A stretch of DNA of 36,596 nucleotides. It comes from Nitriliruptorales bacterium (GTDB lineage Bacteria > Actinomycetota > Nitriliruptoria > Nitriliruptorales > Nitriliruptoraceae). Under the pieces are notes generated by a model. That model ran no database searches. It was not told the DNA's origin and was given only the letters and a program-made list of their open reading frames with translations. Below are positions 26,576 to 34,668 of this stretch, piece after piece (within the stretch, counting starts at the first letter, position 1; each line of letters starts with the position of its first letter). The stretch is from assembly GCA_030835875.1 (NCBI GenBank), contig JAURQY010000028.1, positions 1 to 36,596 of the forward strand, read 5' to 3'. The translations under genes and the position numbers were made by a program.

Positions 26576-27222
26576 TGCAGACCTTCCGCAACCTCGCTGC
26601 CGTATGGCGGCAGCTCCGCACCCTCGATCCGCGTGCTGCTGGTTGGGTCATCCTCGCCGGCGCGCTCGGGCTCGCGGCGGGCGGCGGCGCGGGCCTCCTC
26701 ATCTCGCCGTGGGCCATCGCGCCCATGGCGCTGCTGACCGGACTGCTCGCCGCGCTCATCGTGTTCAACCTTCGGGCGCGCCGTGCGATGTACGGAGCCA
26801 TCGAGGGACAGCTCGGCGCGGCCGCCGCCATCCTCGAGCAGATGCGGGGCGCATGGTTCGTCACCCCGGCCGTCGCGATCAACGGCAAGCAGGACCTCGT
26901 CCACCGCGTCGTCGGTCGGCCGGGCGTCGTGCTCGTCGGGGAGGGCTCCGCCCAGCGCGTGAAGGGACTGCTCGCCCAGGAGCGGAAGCGTCTGTCGCGC
27001 GCGGTCGGTGACGTGCCGATCCACACGCTCATCGTCGGTGACGAGGAGGACTGCGTCCCGCTCGGGAAGCTGCAGGCACGCGTCAACCGGTTGCCCGTGA
27101 AGGTCGGTCGCAAGGAGATCGCGAAGCTCGAGCGCAGGCTCAAGCCGCTGACCCGCTCGCTCCCGATCCCGGGAGGCATCGACCCGACCGCGGTCCGCCG
27201 AGGTCGACCGAAGCCGAGGTGA
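26575..27222 (+). CDS. DUF4191-like membrane protein
   Basis: Two TM segments are followed by ...GQLGAAAAILEQMRGAWFVTPAVA....DLVHRVVGRPGVVLVGEGSAQRVKGLLAQERKRLSRAVGDVPIHTLIVGDEEDCVPLGKLQARVNRLP. From memory this closely parallels the DUF4191 family (e.g. mycobacterial Rv2219). The ATG overlaps the pth stop (TGATG), and its own stop overlaps the mfd GTG. Confidence 0.6.
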   Translation: MQTFRNLAAVWRQLRTLDPRAAGWVILAGALGLAAGGGAGLLISPWAIAPMALLTGLLAALIVFNLRARRAMYGAIEGQLGAAAAILEQMRGAWFVTPAVAINGKQDLVHRVVGRPGVVLVGEGSAQRVKGLLAQERKRLSRAVGDVPIHTLIVGDEEDCVPLGKLQARVNRLPVKVGRKEIAKLERRLKPLTRSLPIPGGIDPTAVRRGRPKPR

Positions 27223-30200
27223 GCAGCGCGGTCGACCCGGGCGCGCGCGCGGCGGCCGACGTCGACGACGTCCTGGACCCGGGGCTCGCGGTCGGGCCGC
27301 TCGCCGCGCTGCTGCGTCCGGCCCGTGCCGCGTGGGACGCGGTCGGTGTGGACGACGCGCTCGTCGCACCGCAGGCCGCCCAGCCCGTCGTCGCCGCGCT
27401 CCTCGCGGAGCGTGCGGCGCCGCTGCTCGTCGTCACGCCCCGGAGCGCCGACGCGCGTGCGATGGCCGACGCGCTCGGCGCCCTCCTCGGTGAGGGGAGG
27501 GTCGAGGTCTTCCCGGCGTGGGGGACGCTCCCGAGCGAGCGGCTCTCCCCACAGCCCGCGACGGTCGGTCGTCGTCTCGCTGTCGTCGACCGCATCGCCC
27601 GGCCCGACGCGCATCCCGAGCCGCTGCTCGCCGTCGTCGCGCCCGTGCGAGCGGCGCTCCAGCCGATGGACCCACGGTTCGCGCAGCGCCGTCCGCTCGA
27701 GCTTGCACCGAGACCGTCGTCGCTCGAGCGCGTCATCGGCGAGCTCGTCGCCCTCGGCTACGAGCGGCTGCCCCACGTCGAGGCACGCGGCCAGTTCGCG
27801 GTGCGCGGCGGCATCCTCGACGTCTTCCCCGCGGCCGCGGATCACGCGGTCCGCATCGAGTGGTTCGGCGACGACATCGAGGGGCTGCGGAGCTTCGGCG
27901 TCGGCGACCAGCGCTCGATCGCACCTGTCGACGAGGTCCGCATCGACCCGGCGCGTGAGCTCGTCGCCGACGAGGAGCTCACGACGCTCGCACGTGCGGC
28001 GGTCGCCGGCGCTCCGGAGCATGCGGAGGCGCTCGTCGCGCTCGCCGAGGGTCGCAGTGTCGAGGGTGCGGAGTCGCTCGCGCTCGCGCTGCGCGGTGAC
28101 GCGACGCTCCTCGCCGGGCTCATGCCCCGCAGCACGGGCCTGCTGCTCGTCGACCCGGTCCGCTGCGACGAGCGCGCGCGGACGATCCTCGCTGAGGCCG
28201 AGGGGCTGGCTGAGGTCACCTGGCGGCTCGGCGGGTCCCATGGACCCGTCGGCTTCGCCCTTCCCGAGGAGCTCATCGCGGAGGTCGAGGGACGCGGGGG
28301 AGCGGTCGCCCGCGTCGGACCGTTCGCTGGCGCCGGTGACGAGCCGCTCGACGTGCGGCCGTGGGACTCGCTGCGCGGCGACGTGGACGCGCTCGCCGGG
28401 CGCGCGCGGGCGCTCCTCGCAGAGGGGCGACGTGTCGTCGTGAGCGCCGACGCCGAGGGACCGGCGCGACGCATCGTCGACGTGCTCACCGGGCACGGGG
28501 TGCCGGCCCAGGTCCTCGAGGTGCTCCCGCCCCGTCCGGAGCCGGGCCGCGTCGAGGTCGTGGTCTCCGCGCTGCCCGCGGGCTTCGATGCGCCGTCGCT
28601 CGGGGTCGCGCTGCTCGCCGCGACGGACCTGTTCGGCCCGCGTCGTCGCCGTGCGAGCCGCCGCCTCGGGACGCGCATGCGCGCCGCGGACGCGGTCGTC
28701 TCCCTCGCTGACGGCGACGCGGTCGTCCATCGCACGCACGGCGTCGGCATCTTCCGCGGCATGGTGACCCGCGCGTCGGAGGGGCTCGACGGGCGCACGG
28801 TGCATCGCGACTACGTCGTCGTCGAGTACCACGGCGGCGACACGCTGTTCGTCCCCTCCGACCAGGTCGACGCGCTCACCCGCTACCGGGGCGGCGAGGA
28901 GCCGACGGTCATGCGGCTCGGCGGCGCGCAGTGGGAGCGCGCGAGGAGCCGTGCTCGCGGGGCTGCTGCGGAGCTCGCCGCGGAGCTCGTGCGCCTGTAC
29001 ACGGCGCGCCTGCACGCACCCGGTCGCGCCGTCGCACCGGACGGTGAGCTGCAGCGCGAGCTGGAGGACGCGTTCCAGCACGTGGAGACCGTCGACCAGC
29101 TGACCGTCGTCGAGGAGATCAAGCGCGACATGGAGGCGCCGCTCCCGATGGACCGGCTGCTCGCGGGTGACGTCGGGTTCGGCAAGACGGAGGTCGCGGT
29201 GCGCGCCGCGGGGAAGGCCGTGTTCGACGGGGCGCAGGTGGCGGTGCTCGTGCCGACGACGATCCTCGCGCAGCAGCACGCCGAGACCTTCCGGGAGCGC
29301 TTCGCGGGCTTCCCGGTCCGCATCGGCGTCGTCAGCCGGTTCGTCCCCGAGGCCGAGCGGCGTCGTGTGCTCGACGGCGTCGCCGACGGCACGATCGACA
29401 TCGTCATCGGGACGCACGCGTTGCTGGCGAGGTCGGTGACGTTCAAGGAGCTCGGGCTCGTCATCGTCGACGAGGAGCAGCGGTTCGGCGTCGCGCACAA
29501 GGAGCGGCTCAAGCATCTGCGCGCATCCGTCGATGTGCTCACGATGTCGGCGACCCCGATCCCGCGAACGCTCGAGATGGCGATCTCCGGCATCCGCGAC
29601 CTGTCGGTCATCGAGACGCCGCCCGAGGACCGTCAGCCCGTCGTGACCGTCGTCCAGCCGTTCGACGAGCGTCAGGTCGAGCTCGCCATCCGCCGCGAGC
29701 TTCTGCGCGACGGGCAGGTCTTCTACGTGCACAACCAGGTCGACACGATCGAGGACGCTGCGGCCGGCGTGACGGCGCTCGTCCCTGACGCGCGCGTCGG
29801 CGTCGCGCACGGGCAGATGGACGAGCGCGCCCTCGAGCAGGTCATGCTGCGCTTCTGGGAGCGCGAGCTCGACGTGCTCGTGTGCACGACCATCATCGAG
29901 TCCGGTCTCGACGTGCCGAACGCGAACACGCTGATCGTCGAGCGGGCCGACCTGCTCGGGCTCGGGCAGATGCACCAGCTGCGCGGGCGCGTCGGCCGCT
30001 CGAGCGAGCGTGGCTACGCCTACCTGCTGGTCCCGCCGGACGCATCGATGACGGAGCAGGCGCACCAGCGGCTCGCCACCGTCGCCGAGCAGTCCCGGCT
30101 CGGCTCGGGCCTCGCGATCGCGATGCGAGACCTCGAGCTGCGCGGCGCGGGCACGGTGCTCGGTGCGGAGCAATCCGGCCAGGTCGCCGCGATCGGGTTC

Positions 30201-30716
30201 GATGCGTACACACAGCTCCTGAAGGAGGAGCTCGCTCGGCTGGGCGGCGAGCCGCTCCCCGTCGAGACCGACATCCGCGTCGAGCTCCCCGTCGACGCGC
30301 ACCTCCCCGAGGACTACGTCGCCGACAGCGACACGCGGCTCGACCTCTACCGCCGGCTCGCCGCCGTGCGCGATGCAGAGGGGCTCCGAGCGCTCGAGGC
30401 GGAGCTCGTCGACCGCTTCGGCCCGCTGCCCGAACCGGCACGTCGGCTCACCGCGCTCGCCGCGCTCAAGGTGCTCCTCGGCCGGTGGGCCATCGAGGAG
30501 GTCGTCGTCGCGCGCGGGGACCGGCTGCGCGTCCTGCCCGTCGACCTCGGCGAGGCCGCGCAGGTCCGCCTCCAACGGCTCCACCCCGGCGCGGAGCACC
30601 GGCCGGCATCGCGGCTGCTGACCGTCCCGCTGCCGCGCCCACGGCCCGACGACCTCATCGCGTGGGTCACGTCGACGCTCGGCGAGCTGCTCGCCCCGCC
30701 GAAGCGACGCGGCTGA
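27219..30716 (+). CDS. mfd: transcription-repair coupling factor
   Basis: 1165 aa with a CarD-like/RNAP-interaction region (DGDAVVHRTHGVGIF), superfamily-2 helicase motifs GDVGFGKTEVA, VDEEQRFGV, MSATPIPRTL and QLRGRVGRS, and a C-terminal TRCF domain. Confidence 0.95.
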   Translation: MSSAVDPGARAAADVDDVLDPGLAVGPLAALLRPARAAWDAVGVDDALVAPQAAQPVVAALLAERAAPLLVVTPRSADARAMADALGALLGEGRVEVFPAWGTLPSERLSPQPATVGRRLAVVDRIARPDAHPEPLLAVVAPVRAALQPMDPRFAQRRPLELAPRPSSLERVIGELVALGYERLPHVEARGQFAVRGGILDVFPAAADHAVRIEWFGDDIEGLRSFGVGDQRSIAPVDEVRIDPARELVADEELTTLARAAVAGAPEHAEALVALAEGRSVEGAESLALALRGDATLLAGLMPRSTGLLLVDPVRCDERARTILAEAEGLAEVTWRLGGSHGPVGFALPEELIAEVEGRGGAVARVGPFAGAGDEPLDVRPWDSLRGDVDALAGRARALLAEGRRVVVSADAEGPARRIVDVLTGHGVPAQVLEVLPPRPEPGRVEVVVSALPAGFDAPSLGVALLAATDLFGPRRRRASRRLGTRMRAADAVVSLADGDAVVHRTHGVGIFRGMVTRASEGLDGRTVHRDYVVVEYHGGDTLFVPSDQVDALTRYRGGEEPTVMRLGGAQWERARSRARGAAAELAAELVRLYTARLHAPGRAVAPDGELQRELEDAFQHVETVDQLTVVEEIKRDMEAPLPMDRLLAGDVGFGKTEVAVRAAGKAVFDGAQVAVLVPTTILAQQHAETFRERFAGFPVRIGVVSRFVPEAERRRVLDGVADGTIDIVIGTHALLARSVTFKELGLVIVDEEQRFGVAHKERLKHLRASVDVLTMSATPIPRTLEMAISGIRDLSVIETPPEDRQPVVTVVQPFDERQVELAIRRELLRDGQVFYVHNQVDTIEDAAAGVTALVPDARVGVAHGQMDERALEQVMLRFWERELDVLVCTTIIESGLDVPNANTLIVERADLLGLGQMHQLRGRVGRSSERGYAYLLVPPDASMTEQAHQRLATVAEQSRLGSGLAIAMRDLELRGAGTVLGAEQSGQVAAIGFDAYTQLLKEELARLGGEPLPVETDIRVELPVDAHLPEDYVADSDTRLDLYRRLAAVRDAEGLRALEAELVDRFGPLPEPARRLTALAALKVLLGRWAIEEVVVARGDRLRVLPVDLGEAAQVRLQRLHPGAEHRPASRLLTVPLPRPRPDDLIAWVTSTLGELLAPPKRRG

Positions 30717-30722
30717 CCGTCC

Positions 30723-31964
30723 TCAGGCGTCGGCCTCGAGGTCCTCGAGCTCGACCCCGCGCGTCTCAGGTAGCCCCAGGAAGCCGACCGATGACAGCGC
30801 AGTGACGATGCCGATCGTGCGGGCGGCACTGTCGAACCCGCCCGTCGCGTCCGCAAGCCTCCCGAACCCCCAGATCCCGACGACGGCACCCACCACACCC
30901 GCGAACGTGATCCATCCGGCGAGCGTCGCGCGGATGCGGGTCGGGACGAGCTCCGCCCCGAGCGCACCCGTCGGCGGGGCGAAGGCGCTCGACGCCATGA
31001 TCGCCAACAGGTAACCGATCGCGAGGCGCGGTGCAGTCCCGCCGTAGGCCCATGCGACGGCCGCGCCGGTGCCGGCCATCGACACGCCGGCGGCGAGGTT
31101 GCGCCCGATGCGGTCCGCCGCCGCGCGACCGAGCAGGATCCCGACGAGGCCGGCCGGCCCTGCGAGCACCACGAGGAGCGCCAGCAGTCCGGCCGACGCG
31201 CCGAGGACGCGCTCCCCGTAGACGAACAGGTACGAGAACGCCGGTCCCGTCGCGAGGGCGATCGAGCCGCTGAGCGCGCTCAGGACGATGACGCTGCGGA
31301 CGTACTCGCGCGGGACAGCACCGAGCATCCCGCGCCGGCGCAGGTGACCGCGGGCGATGCGTGGCTCGCGCGTACCGCGCACCATCAGCGGCAGCAGCGC
31401 CAGCGGGACGAGTGCGGTCGCGGTGACGACGCGGAACGTCGCGAGGCTCCCGAGCGCCGCACGCGCGACGACGATGAGGCCGGCACCGATGCCGTAGGCG
31501 GCGGTCACGAGTGCGATGGCGGCGGACCGGTCCTTCGTTCGCGTCTCCTCGGCGGCGACGACGCCCGTGATCGCGTTCACGCCGGACAGCGCTGGGCGAG
31601 CGAGCGCGACGAGCGCGACGTACCACCAGAAACCGGGCGCCAGCGCGGCGAGCGTGGTGAGCGACAGGCCGACGACGGAGAGTGCGACGAGGACGCGCTG
31701 ACGTCCGCGATGGTCGGCGATCGAGGCGACGGGGAGCGACGCGAGCGAGGTCAGGCGGATGACCGCGAGAGCGAGCCCGACGGTCGTCGCCGGCAGCCCG
31801 ATCTGTGCGGTCAGGTCGTCGCCGCCGCCGACCTCACCGAAGGCGGCCGCGACGTCGCCGATGACCGCGGTCACGCCGAACTGGGCGATCCCCGAGCCGA
31901 TCGACAGGCCCGACACGGCGAGGATCGGTGTGGTGAGCCATCCGGGTCGGCGCAGCTCGGGCAT
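30723..31964 (-). CDS. MFS transporter
   Basis: About 12 hydrophobic segments, an MFS-type loop DHRGRQRV between TM2 and TM3 and AADRIGRN in the second half. ATG 31964 is preceded by GAGG at 5 nt. ATG 32000 is the alternative start. The upstream 265 aa of the track ORF are antisense to xthA. Confidence 0.8.
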   Translation of the reverse strand: MPELRRPGWLTTPILAVSGLSIGSGIAQFGVTAVIGDVAAAFGEVGGGDDLTAQIGLPATTVGLALAVIRLTSLASLPVASIADHRGRQRVLVALSVVGLSLTTLAALAPGFWWYVALVALARPALSGVNAITGVVAAEETRTKDRSAAIALVTAAYGIGAGLIVVARAALGSLATFRVVTATALVPLALLPLMVRGTREPRIARGHLRRRGMLGAVPREYVRSVIVLSALSGSIALATGPAFSYLFVYGERVLGASAGLLALLVVLAGPAGLVGILLGRAAADRIGRNLAAGVSMAGTGAAVAWAYGGTAPRLAIGYLLAIMASSAFAPPTGALGAELVPTRIRATLAGWITFAGVVGAVVGIWGFGRLADATGGFDSAARTIGIVTALSSVGFLGLPETRGVELEDLEADA

Positions 31965-32013
31965 CGTGACCTCGGGGCCGGTTCCGGTCCCGGACGGCAT
32001 CGGCCGGGCCGGA

Positions 32014-32044
32014 GGGACGCTAGCCGTCGCACCGCTAGCGTCCC
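32014..32044. promoter_or_regulatory. perfect 11-bp inverted repeat (GGGACGCTAGC-N9-GCTAGCGTCCC) in the MFS/xthA divergent region
   Basis: Read directly: 32014-32024 is the exact reverse complement of 32034-32044. Each arm contains an outward-facing TAGCGT (TANNNT -10-like). The repeat itself is certain, but its function (mirror promoters and/or operator) is inferred. Confidence 0.45.
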
Positions 32045-32048
32045 CGGC

Positions 32049-32828
32049 ATGCGACTCATCTCCTGGAACGTCAACTCGCTCAAGGCGCGCTGGCCGCGTG
32101 TCCCCGAGCTCCTCGCGGCGCACGCGCCGGACGTCGTGTGCGTGCAGGAGACGAAGCTGGCCGCGGACGCGTTCCCGCACGACGCGCTCGCGGAGCTCGG
32201 CTACTCGGCCGTCGAGTCGTCGGAGGGGCGTTGGAACGGAGTGGCGCTGCTCGTACGGGAGGGCCTGACGGTCGCCGACGTGTCGCGCGAGCTGCCGGGC
32301 AACCCCGTCCCCGAGGAGGCGCGCTGGATCGAGGCGACCGTCGACGGCGTCCGCGTCGCGTCGGTCTACGTGCCCAACGGCCGCGAGGTCGCGAGCGAGT
32401 GGTACCCGCGCAAGCTCGACTTCCTCGCCGCGATGCGCGACCGGCTGGCGGTGCTCGTCGCCGCCGGCCCGACGGTCGTCGCGGGCGACTTCAACGTCGC
32501 GCCGGAGGACCAGGACGTGTGGGACCTCGCGGCGTTCCCCGAGGGGGCGACGCACGTCACGGGGCCGGAGCGCGACGGCATCGCCGCGCTGCTCGCGCTC
32601 GGCATGGTCGATGCCCAGCGCGCTGTGCTCCCGACGGGCGAGGCGTTCACGTGGTGGGACTACCGCGGTGGCGCGTTCCACCGCGGGCACGGGCTGCGCA
32701 TCGACCTCGCGCTCGTCGCGGGACTCGATGTCGCCGCCGTGGAGGTCGACCGCATCGCGCGGCGCAACAACGAGGCCGGGGACAAGCCGTCCGACCACGC
32801 GCCGGTGGTGGTCGACCTCGCCCGCTGA
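32049..32828 (+). CDS. xthA: exodeoxyribonuclease III
   Basis: MRLISWNVNSLKAR, VVCVQETK, GDFNVAPE and the C-terminal SDHAPVVVDL are canonical ExoIII/EEP motifs. Confidence 0.9.
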   Translation: MRLISWNVNSLKARWPRVPELLAAHAPDVVCVQETKLAADAFPHDALAELGYSAVESSEGRWNGVALLVREGLTVADVSRELPGNPVPEEARWIEATVDGVRVASVYVPNGREVASEWYPRKLDFLAAMRDRLAVLVAAGPTVVAGDFNVAPEDQDVWDLAAFPEGATHVTGPERDGIAALLALGMVDAQRAVLPTGEAFTWWDYRGGAFHRGHGLRIDLALVAGLDVAAVEVDRIARRNNEAGDKPSDHAPVVVDLAR

Positions 32829-32846
32829 CGTCGCGGGCGGCGCCGG

Positions 32847-33701
32847 TCAGGCGTGGTCGTAGGCGTGATGCTCGTGGTCATGATGGCCGTGGTCGAGGCT
32901 CGCTGCCGCCGGTGCCGCGGGCGCACCGTGATGCGCGGGGTCGTCGAGCACGAGCGTTCCGTCGGGCAGCATGTGGAGATGGCCGCCGAACGCGCGTGAC
33001 AGGTGCTCGGGGGTGAGCACCTCGTCGGGGGTGCCGAACGCGATCACGTCGGTCGCGACGAGCACGACGAGGTCCGCGCGCGCTGCGGAGCCGATGTCGT
33101 GCGTCGTGGTGATGACGGTGCGACCACGGTCGCGCTCGGCCTCGATCACGTCCAGGATGATGCGCTGGCTCGTGACGTCGAGTCCGGCGACCGGTTCGTC
33201 GAGGAGCAGCACGTCCGCGTCCTGCACGAGTCCCTGCGCGATCAGCACGCGCTGACGCTGGCCGCCGGACAGCTCCGGCAGCTGGCGGTCGAGCAGGTCG
33301 CCGATCGCGAGCCGCTCGACGGCCTCGCGGATCCGCTCGCGCGTCCGAGCGGTCGGTCGGCGCAGCAGCCCGAGCTCCGCGTAGGTGCCGAGGCGCACCG
33401 TCTCTGCGACCGTCATCGGGACCTCAGGACGGACAGAGGTGTCCTGCAGCACGTGGGCGACGCGTCCGCGGCGCGGGGGGAGCGGCTCCCCGAGCACGCG
33501 CACCATGCCGCACTCGACGGTGACGAGCCCCGACAGCACGCCGAGCAGGGTCGACTTCCCCGAGCCGTTCGGCCCGATGACCGCGACCGACACGCCGCGT
33601 GGTATCCGCAGCGTCGCGTCGTGCAGGGCCTCGATCTCGCCGTAGCGGACGCAGACGTCCTCGAGCTCGACCGCGAGGTCGCTGCGGTCCTGGTCGCGCA
33701 T
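32847..33701 (-). CDS. metal (likely zinc) ABC importer ATP-binding protein with His-rich C-terminal tail
   Basis: GPNGSGKSTL, LSGGQRQR and LLLLDEP, with no TM domain. The C-terminus is DPAHHGAPAAPAAASLDHGHHDHEHHAYDHA. I chose ATG 33701, and ATG 33743 is the alternative start. Confidence 0.85.
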   Translation of the reverse strand: MRDQDRSDLAVELEDVCVRYGEIEALHDATLRIPRGVSVAVIGPNGSGKSTLLGVLSGLVTVECGMVRVLGEPLPPRRGRVAHVLQDTSVRPEVPMTVAETVRLGTYAELGLLRRPTARTRERIREAVERLAIGDLLDRQLPELSGGQRQRVLIAQGLVQDADVLLLDEPVAGLDVTSQRIILDVIEAERDRGRTVITTTHDIGSAARADLVVLVATDVIAFGTPDEVLTPEHLSRAFGGHLHMLPDGTLVLDDPAHHGAPAAPAAASLDHGHHDHEHHAYDHA

Positions 33702-33746
33702 GCCGTGGGGTCCGTCCGCGTCGGGGTCTCTTCTGAGAACCATTCC

Positions 33747-33753
33747 TATACTA
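33747..33753. promoter_or_regulatory. overlapping divergent -10-like hexamers in an AT-rich island
   Basis: TATACT (33747-33752, + strand) and TAGTAT (complement of 33748-33753) lie inside TTCTGAGAACCATTCCTATACTATC, the most AT-rich intergenic stretch I can see in the window. The island sits between the divergent ATPase and permease genes. Confidence 0.3.
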
Positions 33754-33798
33754 TCGCTGGCCGGCGCCCCGCGGAGGGGTCGCTGCGGATGGACGACC

Positions 33799-34668
33799 AT
33801 GGCTGAGCTCCTCCTCGAGCCCTTCACGTATGGCTTCATGCGCAACGCGCTCGCCGCCGGGCTGCTCACCGTCGTCGCGAGCTCGCTCGTCGGGACGTGG
33901 GTCGTCTTGCGCGGGCTCGCCTTCATCGGTGACGCCCTCGCGCACGGGGTGCTGCCCGGTATCGCGCTCGCCTACCTCCTCGGCGGCGACCTGCTGCTCG
34001 GTGCTGCGCTCGGGGCGGCGGTGATGGTCGGCGGCGTGTCGGTCGTCAGCACGCGCAGCCGGCTCGGGGAGGACACCGCGATCGGGCTGCTCTTCGTCGG
34101 GATGCTGGCGTTCGGCGTCGCGATCATCTCGGCGCGCGGCGCCTACGCCGGCGACCTCACGACGATCCTCTTCGGCGATCCGATCGGCGTCGGTCGCGAC
34201 GACCTCCGTGTCCTCGTCGTCGCGACGCTGATCGCGGTCGTCGCGAGCGTGGTCGCCTACCGCCCGTTCCTCGCGCTCACCTACGACCGTGCGAAGGCGC
34301 GCACGCTCGGGCTCCGACCGCAGGCCGCGCACCTCGTCATGCTCGCGCTCGTCGCGCTGGTCGTGGTGTCCTCGTTCCGAGCCGTTGGCACGCTCCTCGT
34401 GTTCGCGTTCCTCGTCGCCCCACCGGCCACCGCCGTGCTCGTTGCACGGCGCGTTCCCGTCGTGATGGTCGCGTCCGTCGGGTTCGGATCGCTCGCCGTG
34501 GTCTTCGGACTGCTCGCGAGCTACCACCTTGCGACGGCGACCGCCGCGACGATCGCGGGAGTGAGCGTGCTGGGCTTCTTCATCGTTCTGCTCGGACGTG
34601 ACGCGCTGGCCGGGCTGAGGCGTCCTCGGACCGCGCGGGTCAGCGGCAGTCCGCGCAGCGTCCGATGA
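33799..34668 (+). CDS. metal ABC importer permease (ABC-3 / ZnuB-MntB type)
   Basis: MAELLLEPFTYGFMRNALAAGLL...VLRGLAFIGDALAHGVLPGIA is the typical ABC-3 family N-terminus, with about 8-9 TM segments. The 3' end overlaps the Fur-family gene convergently by 29 nt. Confidence 0.85.
   Translation: MAELLLEPFTYGFMRNALAAGLLTVVASSLVGTWVVLRGLAFIGDALAHGVLPGIALAYLLGGDLLLGAALGAAVMVGGVSVVSTRSRLGEDTAIGLLFVGMLAFGVAIISARGAYAGDLTTILFGDPIGVGRDDLRVLVVATLIAVVASVVAYRPFLALTYDRAKARTLGLRPQAAHLVMLALVALVVVSSFRAVGTLLVFAFLVAPPATAVLVARRVPVVMVASVGFGSLAVVFGLLASYHLATATAATIAGVSVLGFFIVLLGRDALAGLRRPRTARVSGSPRSVR

Noticed and set aside
26424-30599. 1391-aa ORF on the minus strand, the longest ORF in the window
   Set aside because: It is exactly antisense to mfd, whose product has all helicase/TRCF motifs. 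The translation is Arg/Gly/Asp/Pro-rich low-complexity sequence with no recognisable domain. At this GC content stop codons are rare in the antisense frame, so it is a shadow ORF.
31344-32048. 235-aa N-terminal extension of the xthA ORF (track start 31344)
   Set aside because: It is antisense to the MFS transporter gene and compositionally junk (Arg/Asp/Gly-rich). ExoIII homology begins exactly at MRLISWNVNSL (32049).
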